From assembly GCF_001194135.2 (NCBI RefSeq), contig NC_069000.1, forward strand, positions 44,625,833 through 44,689,832: DNA of 64,000 bases, given 5' to 3'. The notes under the pieces were generated by a model. The model was not told the DNA's origin and ran no database searches. It saw only the letters and a list, made by a program, of their open reading frames with translations. Made by a program: the position numbers and the translations under genes. Source of the stretch: Octopus bimaculoides (lineage: Eukaryota). Position 1 is the first letter of the stretch; each line of letters begins with the position of its first letter. Below are positions 1 through 14,542 of the stretch, in pieces.

Positions 1-40
<40 letters not shown>

Positions 41-434
41 CAAATATAGATATGCATGTGTTTAAAAGTAAGTAAAAGCAATTTTCCTCAAAACACACCA
101 ACCAACCAACACAAGTCAGTATTCTGTATTTGAAGTATTTTTATCAAGTGAATGGAACGGTGGGGAGATACAAACCATATCAAAGTGTTTGAATTTCATA
201 TTTTTTGTACTCTATAACCTGGAACACTTGTTTTTATTATCCGATTAATCTATTTTAAAATTAGTATTTTCATTGTTATTGTTGTTATGGTTAAAGAAAT
301 GGACATTATATCTGTTGTTACTTATATATCTTCTGTGAATATTTTACATATCAGTATACTATACATACATACATTTATATACACAGCACATGTATATACA
401 TACATATGTGTGTGTATGTGTGCGTGTATCGTAT

Positions 435-559
435 CAGGACAATTATCCCCATAGGACAAATCTCTCCAATGACAATTACCCACTTGGTTAATTACCGCCT
501 CTTCAATATATTAAGAAGTGTTAAATCATAATTTGTTGTTGTCAGGGGTAATTGTCCTG
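435..559. mobile_element. Small inverted-repeat element (MITE-like)
   Basis: caggacaattatcccc / ggggtaattgtcctg terminal inverted repeats; right end abuts an N-gap. Confidence 0.45.
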
Positions 560-609
560 GGGGGGGNNNNNNNNNNNNNNNNNNNNNNNNNNNNNNNNNN
601 NNNNNNNNN

Positions 610-672
<63 letters not shown>

Positions 673-1195
673 CGTTCACACACATGCACATATATATACG
701 TACATAGACATATACATATTATATATACACACACATTCATACATCAATTACTAATCAATTACAGATCATTTCATCAGATGGAAGAAATGAAAATATAACC
801 TGATTGAAATGCTACCCTTTCATAAAAAAAACAACCACACTATCAAAAAGATAAAAAATAGTATAAATGATAAATAACAAAAGGCAAAACTGTTATAACT
901 TATAATTTTTTATTTTTCATTATTTCATATTCTTGTTTTTATTTTTTTCTTCTCACTATTTTATGGTCTCCCCCAGACCTCCCTGTTATACCCAACACTG
1001 GTTATCTTTTATCAATTATTAATCACTTAAGTTTGTCTAAGTGTGATTCTTTTTTATATAAATGCAGTTTCTTAATTGGTTTTTATATTTCGACATATCC
1101 CATCTGATGAAATGATATATAATTTGATGGTTGTTGAAACGTATGTAATAACGCGTATGTAATATCAATAACGTGTTTTCCATTCATTCCAACTA

Positions 1196-1257
<62 letters not shown>

Positions 1258-1915
1258 TATAAATAGTAAATGTATGTATAAAGAAATTTGAATAAAGCTT
1301 TTTCTACAACATTTTTGAACAAGTCTCTTTTCATTTGATTTCTTAAAAAAAAAAATACATTGAAACACAAGTTTGGATGACATATATTACTGCTATATTT
1401 TTTATTGATCCTACCATGACCACCATTACAGCAAGTAGAAGGAACAGATTTGAAAGTACAACCAACTGTGTCTGAATGGCTGGAATGCCTGCAACTTGTA
1501 AACCTTACAGACACAGGAGCCAATCTTAAGATCCTGTCATCAGATGGAAGATATTGAAATATTGTCTTAAATAAATATCAAACCTAATCATGTTTACCTG
1601 CATAATTATCTTCATATCAGCTAACCTGGATTTCTCTTTTGGCAACTCTTTACCCCGTGGACTTAGCACTCAATAAATATTTCTGAGTTTAAGTTCAAAT
1701 CATCTGAGCCCTACAATGTGTTTTCTATACTGAACCAGTTGAGCTTTCACCTGTTTACTAGGTGTCCTCTTCCTGCTGTTATTTAAATGCCACGTCCAAT
1801 GGGGAATATTATATCATCATCTTTTGATGTTTGTCTTCCATGCTGGCATGGGTTACATGCTTAGACAATATCCAATGAGTGCAAAGATTGCATTAAGCTC
1901 CAATGTCTGCATGAC

Positions 1916-1954
<39 letters not shown>

Positions 1955-2991
1955 TTTCACGTACACTCACATATATTCTTATTAAAAACATGTGATTTTT
2001 CAATATATTCAATGGATGACAAATGAGACAGGAAGTTAAATAAGCTTTAAATGAGGAAGAGAATGAAGAGAGGAAGAAGGAGATGGATAAAAAGAAAAGA
2101 AAGAAAAGCAAAAGGTGGCAGGAGAGGATCAAGAAGAAGAAGAAGAAGAGGAGGAGGAGGAGGAAGAGAAGAAGAAGAAGAAGAAGAAGAAGAAAAAGTA
2201 GGCCATTTGAGATGTTAGATCTATTTTATTCAACAATACTTGGAAGTTTGTCTTTACAGCCAAGTCACCATGCTGAGTATATGCATTTGTCTTGTCAATG
2301 GACTGACACTGGGGAGCAGCTGAAGGTAATACAGTGACAGTAGTAGTAGTAGTAGTAGTAGTAACAGTAGTATTAGTAATGGTGGTGGTGGAAATGAAGC
2401 TAGCTTCAACACACAAAACAGACAGTACAGAAGATAGCTTTGAAAATGGAGGGAACAGCTAGACACTAGATACAGTAAGAGTGGTGGTGGTGGTTGGCGA
2501 GTGTCAGACTCAATACGATATTTGACCTTGGCTCGCTCGACTCTGATCAAGTGGACCACTGCACTGGTCAACAATGATTCGGCAATAACCATCCTGCTGT
2601 TTTGAAAATGCAGAGAGCAGATATGGATTAGATGCAGCAGCAGTAGTGGTGGTGGTGGTGGTGGAGGTGGTGAGTGTTGGTTGTGCTATTCAGCCCTGGG
2701 TCAACCGATCAAGCAGCCCACTGCAGTGATCAATGAGGTCTCAGCTCTGTAATCGTCCCCTTATTTTGCATATCAAGGATAACATCATTCAACATATTCT
2801 ATATTTTTTCAAGAAGGTTTGGCAGTAATTTAAAGGATTAGTGACTGCTGCTGCTGCTGCTGAAGGAGGTGGCCATGGTTGGTGTCAGGCATGATGATAG
2901 ATCCAAAGAACTATCACCTCTGGCACCAAAATCACAAAAAAAAAAATATATATAATGAATTGCTTCTTCTTGTATTTGTTGCTCCATTCTC

Positions 2992-3049
<58 letters not shown>

Positions 3050-3521
3050 TGTTTAATAGTCAGAGAATGATTGAAATGTGAATCAAGTGGCATTTTGGGA
3101 ACTAGATTATATTCAAAGAGTCGGAGGAATAAGGAAGCATCCATCATTCATGGTTCCAGAACAAGAAGTCTCACAATTCATTTGTAACAAAGTTTGTGTT
3201 TGCCTGGCTTTTGTAAGGTCTCAAATATATTCAAATCTTATGTGTGATTGTATCATTTATTTGGTAGGGTCAAACTAGACAACACACTTTAAACTAATCA
3301 TTATTATAGACTATGGCTCTGGGACAGGTAAGGTAGATATTGTTATTGTCAGGGGACAGGGGGGTAACAGTGATATCCCTGTACTAGTGAACATCTGTCA
3401 GGTATCAGGTACCTTACTGTAGTATGTACCTTTGATATACTGACAGATTATATATACTTTCATCAAAATGAGGTAGCCCTACTTAGTACATACACACATA
3501 TAGATATATGTATATATGTAT

Positions 3522-3712
3522 GTGAAGGTGCATGGCTCAGTGGTTAGAGTGTCGAGCTTACGATCACGAGGTTGTGAGTTTGAATCCCGGACCAGGCTGC
3601 GTGTTGTGTTCTTGAGCAAGACACTTTATTTCACATTGCTCCAGTTCACTCAGCTGTAGAAATGATTTGTGACATCACTGGTGCCAAGCTGTATCGGCTC
3701 CTTTGCCTTTGC
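3522..3712 (+). mobile_element. tRNA-derived SINE
   Basis: A-box tggctcagtgg, B-box-like gagtttgaatcc, conserved central ttgagcaagacactttatttcacattgctccag, TA tail. Confidence 0.75.
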
Positions 3713-6700
3713 AATATATATATATATTTTGTTTTTGGATTTGGTTTGCCAGATTCTTTATGTGAGTTTGTGTGTTGAAGCATATTTTGTTGTGTCTGGG
3801 GAGAGTCATTCTCTTTTGGTGCCTTATAATTTAACACACTCACTGGTAAAATTTCCACTTATTTCTATTTTGAGAGTCAAAACTATTGAAAAGGTTGCAA
3901 GATGCAACGAAAATTTTAGAAAAATAAAAAAGAAATAAGTGGAAATTTAACCGGTGAGTGTGTTAAATTATAGTAGTAATAATAATAATAATAATTTTTC
4001 TTTACTGGCCACAAGGGCTGAACACAAAACAAATAGGTACGATACTACACAATAATAACAGTATAAAAGGAATGACACAGCTGACCAATGGTAATATAAG
4101 GGGTTTATTCATTGTTAAACAAAGAAACATTCACATGTAAATGTTTAGCCAACCCATGCTCCTCCACATCACCACCATGGTGCCACCATGGTGCCACATT
4201 ATTTATGCTGCTTGATTCTCCCCCACCCCCACCCCACCTAAATACAAGTGCTTGTTTTTATCATTTCTTTTCTTTTTTAATCATGTTTTAATTTTAAATT
4301 TTTAACTTTTTTTTCTTCAAAAAAAAATTTCCCAGATCATTCAGTATATTTATAGACTGAAAGATGTATGTATGTATGTATATATGTATATGTATGTATG
4401 TATATATATATATAAATGTTCTCTATGTGGCCTGTGTGTTTTCTGTACTCTGTTTATCATTTTCTCCACGTTTTTTTTTTGTGACGTCCTGTACCCAGAT
4501 ATGCATCTATATATACATGTAGCTATAGGTATGTACATACATGTACGTATATATGCATATACTCATTTATTATTTGTTTTATATATATATATATATATAT
4601 ACACACACAAACATATATATTACCCTTAATATACATACACACATGAACATAAACATATATATATATAAATGTATATAGACACATATATATATATATATAT
4701 ATTTCCATGTATATAAACATATATGTATATACACAAACACACACATACATGTATCTATATCTATATACACACACAATGAACACGTACAATTACATCAGGA
4801 ATGAAGCAACACCAACCATTTCAAGTATAAACAAACATGTCTACCATTCCCTCAACCTTTGTTACATTTTACAACTGTATTTATCTTCTATAAAATCAAT
4901 CATCAGTCATCAGGTCGACGATGTGCACCAAAACACTTCATGATATTACCAAACAAAAGAGAGAGGAGGTAAACAACAGCACCTGTGACATTTAACTCGT
5001 CAGCATTCAAATTATCCTATCAAATTCAATGCTTATTTATTCACGTTGTTTTGAATTATTCATACTTTATCTCAAGCCTTGAAATTTTGATGATATGATT
5101 GTATAATTTTAGAATGACTTTGTAGGATAGAAGTGTGAGACCAGCTCTGGCTAGTTTGGCCATATTTGGGCTGGATATGACCGGTTTAAATGCTAAAGGG
5201 TGCACTTGTTGCATATCATGTTATCTTTGCTCCTATTATTCATATCGGGTTTGTCTCAAGCATATCTGAAGTAAACTACCTTGAAGCATGATGTGACTTT
5301 TGGGCCCTAATGAAGAACCATGAATAGGAGTTTTACTGTGGGGTATAATGTAAGGGGGTGGTGCTTTGAGTAGAGCATGGAACTATATATGATGTGTTTG
5401 TTGACATGAGGAAAGGTTCCATCAGAATCAACCGAGAAGGTTTGACCTACTGCCTCTCTTTCTTTCTCTTGACCCCTCCGCACAAACAAAACTCCACTCA
5501 TTCACATGTATATGCATTTGCGTGTGTGTGTGTGTGTGTGTCAGTGTGTGTAAATATTTTTTTACTGCCCTATTGAAACCCTTTTTTATTAATTCTGTTC
5601 AGAGTTTTCACAATGTATGTGATCTCTCACACTATAATAGATACATATACATACCTGTGTGTGTGTGTGTTTGCGTGTGTGTGTGTGTTTGCGTGTGTGT
5701 GTGTGTGTGTGCACATGTGTATGTATCATGCTTTGAAAAATAGCTAAGGGTTGGTGACAGGAAGTGTATCTGGTTGGAAAATCCTACCCAAGACAAATCC
5801 TCTTCCATCCCATGCTAGCATAGCAAAACAAACATTAAATGAACAAACGAATATATATATATACATACATATATATATATATACATACACATACACATAT
5901 ATACACATAAATATAAACGCACACATGCATATATACCTACACATTACAAACACACACACACACACATATATAATAAAGAGATAAATAATGAGACAAATTT
6001 TCTGTTTCTCATAGCAAATATTATACACAAAACAATACAAATAATGGCTGACACTGGTAGCTGACCACAACTTTATTGAGAGATGGTCACAGCTGATTCA
6101 ACTGACTCCAGAGGAGGCAAACGCGGAAATCTAACCTGGCAGAATTTAAAGTCAGAATGTATGAAACAATAATCTTCAAGTATTGTGTGCTATTATCCTA
6201 GGACTGGTCTGTAATACATTAATCCCCTTCGTACCAACCTGCCTGGGATTAACCCTAGTTCTACGATAAAAATTCCGTTTTAAGGTTGGGCAGGTTTGCA
6301 AATTTCAACATCTTATATTTGTGACACCAACTTTATTATTGTTTAGCCTCAGATCAACTCTGATCAATCAAAGCTTTGATCGAAGGCATTCCAACTATGA
6401 CCATCCCGCTTGAAACTTTTCAGACCCAGTCTAACACAAACTACTCTAAGATTTTGTTTAAGACAATAAGGTGCAACATGAGGGACATTCAGCTGTTATT
6501 TTCAGTGTTGCTGGTGTTGTTTAGCCCAAGGTCAACCCAAACTGGACAGACACATGATCAAAGTTAATCCAACCAGCCGTTACCATCTTATTTTATTCTA
6601 TTTTTTTTATATACATGGAACTCAGGGCCACATTATTCAATGACATTCAAAGAGGGTGTGATTTGAGGTAGATTTGACTGCTATTTCCAGCAGGTTTAGC

Positions 6701-6746
6701 AACCATAGAGAGGCTCCCTCCTCATTAAATACGTTACTGGACTTAA

Positions 6747-6944
6747 TCCTTTAGCATTCAGATTACTTTGTAACAAATGTGATATTTAGTCCTTCACATT
6801 GTTTTGAAATAATCCTGGATTATCTCATGGCTTTCAGATTTCAATGATGTGATTGTTTATTTTTAGAATGACATTGTAGGGTAGGTGTGAGAGGCCAGAT
6901 CTGACTAGTTTGGGCTGGACATGGCTGGTTTAAATGCCAAAGGG
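6747..6944. mobile_element. piggyBac-type MITE, second family
   Basis: TTAA-tcctttagcatt ... aatgccaaaggg-TTAA; related copies at about 4995-5200 and 20430-20620. Confidence 0.65.
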
Positions 6945-7579
6945 TTAAACCACAATTGTCAGTGGTGGTGGCAGTGTAGGTGAGGGTTATCAGTGGTGGT
7001 GGGCAGTGTTGGATTATTCCTTTACTATAATTAATTGCTGCAGAGCTTGATTAATTCGATAAAATCAAGCACTTGATTGGCAGAGGGAGGAGGGGAGGGG
7101 TATGCGTTTTATTGGGTCCCAGAGCCATGAAAGTTCAAAGCTAGCCACGGTGGAATTTGAACTCAGAGCCTAAAGGGATGTGACTAAATACACTTGTCCA
7201 CCACCCTTGTTGTAAATGATGAGAAATGATTACTGGCACAGGAAGAGGTGGGGGTGTAGGCAGGCATTTTCAGGGAGGGGGTAGGGTGAAGTCATTAAAA
7301 TCAAACCCCATCAGTAAATTATTTCATTGAGTCCACCCCTCACCACTAACCCCCGCCTTGGAAAATTACAGGCAACACCAAGCTGACTCTGATGAGATTT
7401 TAATTCAGGAAGGAAAAGGGGGGGGGCGGGGGNNNNNNNNNNNNNNNNNNNNNNNNNNNNNNNNNNNNNNNNNNNNNNNNNNNNNNNNNNNNNNNNNNNN
7501 NNNNNNNNNNNNNNNNNNNNNNNNNNNNNNNNNNNNATTCTTTATACTTTCCACCACACTTGTTGTAATAGAATAAAGG

Positions 7580-9380
7580 TTTCTAGGCAAAGGACACAGG
7601 GCCAGAAACCCCAGAATCAGGTTGAATCAATTACATCGACCTCACTATGTGACTGGTGCTTTATTCCATCAACCTCAGAGGGGCAGAAAGCAAAAGCAAC
7701 CAGAGCAGGATTTGAACCCAGAATGTAAAGAGCTGGAGGAAATACTGCAAAACATTTCTTGTCTTCTGCTCAAACAGTTCTGACAGCTCACTGCCTTGAA
7801 AATACCGATAATAGCTTCCAATTTTGGCACAAGGCCAGCAACGTTAAAGGAGTGGAATTGGTTGATTACACTGACCCCCGGGGTTCGACTGCTAATTCTT
7901 TTATTGACCTTGAAAGGATAAAAGGCAAAATCGACCTCAGTGAAATTTGAACCCAGAGCATAGAGCTGAAGGAAATGTTAAGCATTTTTATTTGCCACGC
8001 TACCAATTCCACCAGCTCAGCCTTAATAATAATTCTAATTTTGGCACAAAGCCAGTAATTTTTAGAAGATACCATGGAGGGGAGAAAAGCAAAGCTGGTT
8101 TCAACAGGATTTGAACTCAGATCATAGAGAGCCAGAATGCATACCACAAGGCATGTTTTCTGATGATCTAACGGTTCTGCCAACCCACCACTCTTCAGAA
8201 CAGAGGTTTCAGTAATTTCGAAGGCTGGAGATTTAATTGATTACATCAACTCCAATATTTAACAAGTACTTCATTGTATCGATCCCAGAAGGATGAAAAG
8301 AGAAAGATGATTATTGTGGGGTTTGAACTCAGAACCTAAACTGCCAGAACAAACAAAACATTTCTCTCTCATGCTCAAACAATTCTACCAATCCACCACA
8401 CTCCATAATAATAATAATAATAATGGCTTCAAATTTTGGCACAAGGCCAGTAATTTCGGGGGTGGGGGGTGGGGGTGATAACATCAACTCCAGTGTTCAA
8501 CTGGTACTTAATTTATCAACCCCGAAAGGATGAAAGGCAAAGTTGACCTCGGCAGAATTTGAACTCAGAACATAAAGACAGACGAAATGCCAGCTCACCG
8601 GCTTAATAATAATAATAATAATAATCCTTTCTACTATAATGATGATGATGATGGTGGTCTCTAAATGTGATAGGAGTGGGTCAGTTGATAGCATTGACCC
8701 CATTATTCAACTGGTACTTTATTTTATCAACCCTAAAAGGATGAAAGGCAAATTTGACCTTGGCAGGATTTGAACTCAGAATACGAAGAGCTGGAGGAAG
8801 CCATTCAAAGCAGTTTTTCCAACTCCCCCAATGGTTCTGCCAGTTTGTCAGCTGATTTGATAAGAACGGGGGGGGGGGATAAGTCTTTTCCATTACAGGA
8901 ACAAGAGGAGGAGGAGGAGGTGTTGGCCGATCGTTTCAACCCCCAGTACTCAACTGGTACGTTATTTTATTAATCTCAGGTGGATGAAAGGCAAAGTGGA
9001 CCTCAGTGGAATTGGAGCTCTGAATGTAAAGGGCCAAAAGAAATGTTGCAAAAGATTGTGCCAACACACATCACATTAATGGTAATCGTAATAATAATAA
9101 TAATGATCCTTTCTACTAAAGGCACAAGGCCTGGAATTTGGAGGGCGGGGACCAGTCGATCACACTGACCCCAGTATTTCACTGGTTCTTAATTTATCGA
9201 CCCTGAAAGGTAAAGTCGACCTCAGCAGAAATTGAACTTAGAACGTAAGGACAGATGAAATGCTGAGAAACATTTTGCCTGGGATGCTTACAATTTTGCC
9301 AGCTCCCTATTAATCCTTTCTATTTGGTGGGGGGGAGGCTAGTCGATTACATCGACCCCGGTGCTTGACTGGTACTTAAT
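7580..9380 (-). mobile_element. Cluster of about 8 co-oriented SINE copies separated by (AAT)n tails
   Basis: Repeated blocks ggcacaaggcc / gattacatcgaccccag / aaggatgaaaggcaaagt / ggatttgaactcaga. Confidence 0.75.
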
Positions 9381-11159
9381 GTNNNNNNNNNNNNNNNNNN
9401 NNNNNNNNNNNNNNNNNNNNNNNNNNNNNNNNNNNNNNNNNNNNNNNNNNNNNNNNNNNNNNNNNNNNNNNNNNNNNNNNNNNNNNNNNNNNNNNNNNNN
9501 NNNNNNNNNNNNNNNNNNNNNNNNNNNNNNNNNNNNNNNNNNNNNNNNNNNNNNNNNNNNNNNNNNNNNNNNNNNNNNNNNNNNNNNNNNNNNNNNNNNN
9601 NNNNNNNNNNNNNNNNNNNNNNNNNNNNNNNNNNNNNNNNNNNNNNNNNNNNNNNNNNNNNNNNNNNNNNNNNNNNNNNNNNNNNNNNNNNNNNNNNNNN
9701 NNNNNNNNNNNNNNNNNNNNNNNNNNNNNNNNNNNNNNNNNNNNNNNNNNNNNNNNNNNNNNNNNNNNNNNNNNNNNNNNNNNNNNNACCAAAGCATTTC
9801 TACAGATATCGAAACAGGAAAAAAACAAAAAAACAATCGAAAAACGAAATAAAAAAGAAAATGATATTTAAACAGGAATTAAACAGGAATTCCAGAAATA
9901 ATTATGTTTGTTTCGCTATTTTTTTGCAATTTAAAGTAATTAATCGATTGCTATGAAAAAAAAAAAAAAACTTTGGAATTGATTGGCTTCAAAGACAAGA
10001 AGGGACAACATGAAAGGAAAGGTATGATAAGGGGGGGGGGTTGAAAGAAAAACCCAAAAATAACACCTTGGTTTCCAAAAAAAAAAAAAAAAAATTATTT
10101 AAAATGTATGAAATGAAAGATGACAATGTGAACAGAAAGAAAGTTAATCGGCCTCTGTAATTATCATTTACAGATTGTTCTTCTGGTTGTTGCTGTTCGT
10201 TATGTTTCACATCAATTAGTAATAATGATCATTTACAAACAAACTCAAGGCCTCACATTAATTAGTAGTGAAATAAATGGTTAAATTCTATCAAGCTTTG
10301 ACTTCCTCAAGAAGTGGTATGAATGAAGAACACTCAGCAAGATGCCGCCAAAACCCTAGTCGCAAATTTGGTTTCCAATTTGAGCTTCACCAGAGTATAA
10401 CTTAGTATTCTTGGTGCTGTTTACTGCATGCTAGTTCCAAAATAGTGATTCCTTATCAAACTGCAAAACCACCAAGTGTGAAATTGGACAAAATAAGTTG
10501 TTCCTTCTCCAGGAAGTTAAAAAAACAAAAAATGAAGTGTCTTGCCGAAGGTTGGTATTGTGACTTAATTTCTGCAGCAGGACAGGAACCTGAAGACCTG
10601 ACAGAACAAATAAAGTGTTGTATTTATTGGGGGTGCCAATCTTGTACCTTTTCTTCCCAGCCAAGCTTTATCTGAAGGGGGCCAAGTATAATAATAAAAA
10701 AAAAAAGGGGTGGAGGTTAGAAAATATTACTTACAAAAGACAAATGATGGGAAAGAATATTAAATTTGTTTGCAGGGTGAGATGACAGGGTTAGCATCAG
10801 TGAGGTCACAATCCAAAGACGGGGAAGGAAATCGTAGTGAAAGGGTGGAAACAAACAAGGCATTCATAATACTGGTTTTTGGTATTAGATGGGACAGTCA
10901 CTGTATAGGGCTATGATCTGGTGGTAAGGTTAGGGCACAGGGTTAGGGTCAGATGGTGAAATGAGGACATAGGTTCAGGGTCAGATGTTGAGGTCAAGAC
11001 AGAAGGTTAAAGTGTAAGATCTGAGTCTAGATTTAAGAGCAATGACAAAGCTGGATGCTCGTCTTAGGATGAAAGCAGAGACAAGGTTGTGGTGTAGATT
11101 TTGATCATGGGAGTGCTGCTTCTGAGGGAGACAGCACTGTCTTGAGTGGAAGGACACAG

Positions 11160-11278
11160 AATGAGAGAGAGAGAGAAAGGAGAGAGAGAGAAAGGAGAGA
11201 GAGAGAAAGGAGAGAGAGAGAAAGGAGAGAGAGAGAAAGGAGAGAGAGAGAAAGGAGAGAGAGAGAAAGGAGAGGGAG
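11160..11278 (+). repeat. 15-bp purine minisatellite (gagagagagaaagga)n, about 7 copies
   Basis: Directly visible tandem array downstream of the UBL-STPR stop codon. Confidence 0.9.
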
Positions 11279-11612
11279 GAGTGAGTGAGGGTCATGTTTT
11301 CCGATGAAGAGAAAGAGAAGTTTTGTTTTTTTTTCAGTGTCAAAGAGTAGAGATATATTTCAAGGGAGAAAAACAATTCTGGAGGTGGACATATGCCTGA
11401 TAGAAACCTGCTGGCTTTCATAAATACATATATTTTGCATTTATATGTGATAGTTTGTTCTTTCTTTTGCCTGGTTTTTCTGGGTTTTTTTTTGTTCGTT
11501 TGTTAGTTTTGAGTGTAAAGTAGTAAGATGAAGTGAGAGTGAAAGTGAAAGTGGAGTGATAGTGGAGTTAAGTGTTGTTTCGAAAATGCATGTTGCGAAA
11601 CAACAGAAAAAA

Positions 11613-13114
11613 TTAACTGACGGGGTTCGGAAATAAGTGGTAGTTCCTTTTTAATTTTTCACAGGTCTTGCATATCCACTGCTTCTGCTCATCAGCAAGT
11701 TTATTGGGGTCGTGATCTGGGATCAGCGAACCAGGAAATGGTGAAAATCGACTCAGTTGGTCTCTGGGCAATGGTCTTTCACACGAAATACACATATAGC
11801 CCAAACTCTGCTTAGAATACATTTGCATTCCAGCATCAGCAGATTTTCCATAGTTAACAACAGAAGAAGAAAATGCAGAACTAGAAGACTCAACCTCTTT
11901 TTTCCGATGACCATGGTCAGTTTTTTTCCTAACATCTGGCACCGATTTTAGATAAGAGCAGTTTCCATCGCGGTCAATATTACCGCCAGGGACCCCGTAT
12001 GGATTCATGTAGGAGAAGTTTGACATTCGATTTTGCTCAGGGATTATACAAGGGAAGTTTATATCTCTGTCATTGATGTTGCGACTTTGGTTTTGGTTGA
12101 AGAATGGATGGATCACACCACCAGCCTTATCGTTTGGGTCTTTGTTCTGTGACTGAACGCCATAAGGAAACATAGATGCCCTATCAGCTGAAGTGACTTC
12201 AGACTGATAGGGATTCAAGCAGAACGATCCAGCTGCCATTCCACTGCCACCCCCTGGTGTTGTTGCTCCACCACCGCCACCACCACCAGTTGCTGCTGCT
12301 GCCGTTGCCACAGAGACATCCGCACCGCCCCCTGCACCAGTTACTCCACGGTCGGCAGGGAGATTTTTGTTTTGTTCCTGATCCATGCAAGGGAAGACCG
12401 GGCCCTTGTCATGCGTGTCTTTGTTAGGGATCAACGTCATACCTGGAAACACTGGTCCTCCTAAACCAGCCCTGTCCAGTTCGTTCTTGTCAGCAATCTG
12501 ATCCATACACGGGAACACACTTCCCCTTTCAGGAACTATTTTGTTAACTTGATTTCGGCTCATAAACACATTGTCTCGATCCGACATTGTCTTGCCATGG
12601 TTTTCTGATGACATGTTCGACTTGGAGTAAAGGTAGTCCGATTGCCTGTTCGTCACTGCCTTTTGGTTTGAGCCGACGTATGCAAAATCAGGAGACTGTT
12701 CCTCGTTAGGATTCGGTTTTGAGGTCTGCAGACGGTCGTCTTTATTTTTCATTTGCTCAACACAGTAACTGTCTGCATTTCCATCTGGGCTGCAGGTGTC
12801 TGTGTAGCGTAACAGAGAATCCTGTTCAGCCAAAGTTGACCCCTTACCACGTGGTTTCTGTCCTGTCTTCATCATTTGGACCATAAGGCGCTTTCTCTCC
12901 ACACGCATCTTGGAATTCATTCGCATGCGTTCCAACCGTTTCTGACGTTCATCAGGTGACTCATTCTCTAAACGGCGCCGTTGGTACTGTCGCATCTGTT
13001 CCAGTCTTTTCTCACGAGGATTTATGCAGCCACCACTAAACTGGTTTCCATCAGATTTCGACCCCTGGTCACAGTTTGGTCCACACATCATGTTATTAGC
13101 ACATTCATAACAAT
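11613..13114 (-). CDS. Terminal coding exon of UBL-STPR gene: 2 x STPR-like repeats, spacer, C-terminal CxxC...WICKTC putative zinc-binding motif
   Basis: Acceptor tttatctatttgcag|AT at 13114 is phase 1 and in frame with the 492-aa ORF (adds DCYECANN before MMCG). Stop ends at 11613. Repeats at 13031-12894; YMCISC...WICKTC at 11798-11661. Confidence 0.88.
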
Positions 13115-13849
13115 CTGCAAATAGATAAAATATATGAACATTTAATTACAATATAGACATAATTTAAAGTGTGTGTGTGTGTAGGAGGGAGTCTATATGC
13201 ATTGATTTTCCAGTCTCTCAACCTCTCTCTGCCTCTATTCACACACTCTCTCTCTCTCTCTCTCTCATGTATGTGTGCGCATATCTCACGTATACATGTA
13301 TAGTGGAAGACACTTGCCCCAGATGCCACGCAGAACCATGTGGTTGGTAAGCAAGCTACTTACCACACAGCCACAGACAGACAGACAGCTATATGTAGAT
13401 ACATGTCTGTGCGTATATATCATGTTTATTCTCCCCCCTCTCACTTATACACACATACCACCCTCTTACATACTGGTTAACTGGTATGTATGTGCATTGA
13501 AATCAACTTTTATCTATGCGAACTCAGCTGAGAAAACGTAAATATCGAGTTATGGTTACGCTCACAATTACCTTTATCTTTTGCTAACCTTTCAAAAATT
13601 TTAATGGTGATGTATAACTGTAGTAATAACATTTTGAATAACATATTTATATTTTACATAAAAATATCTATTATCATTTTGGTGGTAAATAATACAATTC
13701 GGATGACACACAAGCTTTTTTTTTTCCATAAAATTATTTTACAGTAGTTGCATTCAAAACATAAGACATTGTAATATTTTTCTTTCCTATTAAGTTAAAT
13801 AATAAAACATCAAACCTGTCAAATTTATTTACCTAAAACCCATCAAATT

Positions 13850-14200
13850 CCTCATAATCATCAGTATCTGTTTCTAAAAGTTCCCTCATGCATATCACAA
13901 GATTCATCACATATGGCATCATGGTAAGGATTCCAGTCTGGTTCTGGTGAATCGACTTCGACGTCGCTATTGTTCAGAATATCATCATTGGTACCATCCA
14001 TGGCATTAGAGATACCGCATTTTAAAAATGATTCTTTTCTACTTTAACTTTGTCCAATGCCTTTATAACAAAGAACACAGAGAACTTCAAGTGAGGCAGC
14101 ACGATTAGCTCCACCTTTTGTAAAAGATCTTTCTCCATTCAGTCATTCCATTGCTCTCTCACATTATCTTTAAATGGTTCCTCTTGTGCTTCCTCTTCTC
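13850..14200 (-). mobile_element. Decayed pogo/Tigger DDE transposase C-terminus in intron 2 of UBL-STPR gene
   Basis: PFKDNVREQWND*M, then frameshifted FTKGGANRAASLEVLC, KALDKVK, FLKCGISNAMDGTNDDIL. Confidence 0.75.
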
Positions 14201-14542
14201 ATTGCACATTTTTGTTTGGGCATTTGTCTCAATTTTTCCTCATCCTTTCTCTACTCACGGGTTGGACGGAGTTTATTGAGGCAGATTTTCAACAGCCAGG
14301 TGCCCTTTCCTGTTGCCAACCCTCACCTGTTTGTAGAATATTGGAAATGAATGATATTGCTTGCATGACACTGACAATCCTCTTACAACTACCACATGAA
14401 GTCAACACAAACATATGCACACCAACACACACACACACACATATACAGGATGGGCTTCTTTCAGTTTCCATCTACCAAGAGAGAAACATCATTACACAGT
14501 GGAAGAACTACAATAAATTCTTGATATCTTTATACTACTTAC

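Noticed and set aside
1432-1557. Plus-strand stretch PTVSEWLECLQL resembling SAM-domain helix 1
   Set aside because: Similarity ends after about 12 aa, weak acceptor, no partner exons found
3522-3600. A/B-box sequences as tRNA genes (also 50560-50633, 44895-44960)
   Set aside because: No complete cloverleaf; they continue into SINE bodies
492-6070. Many short ORFs rich in YI, TH, CV, poly-K/R or poly-L (also at 16-17 kb, 22.9 kb, 40.8-43 kb, 48.8 kb, 52 kb)
   Set aside because: Translations of (TA)n, (CA)n, (GAA)n and (AAT)n microsatellites or N-gaps; no coding signal
10925-10955. ttaggg-like hexamers as interstitial telomere repeat
   Set aside because: Only two non-tandem copies
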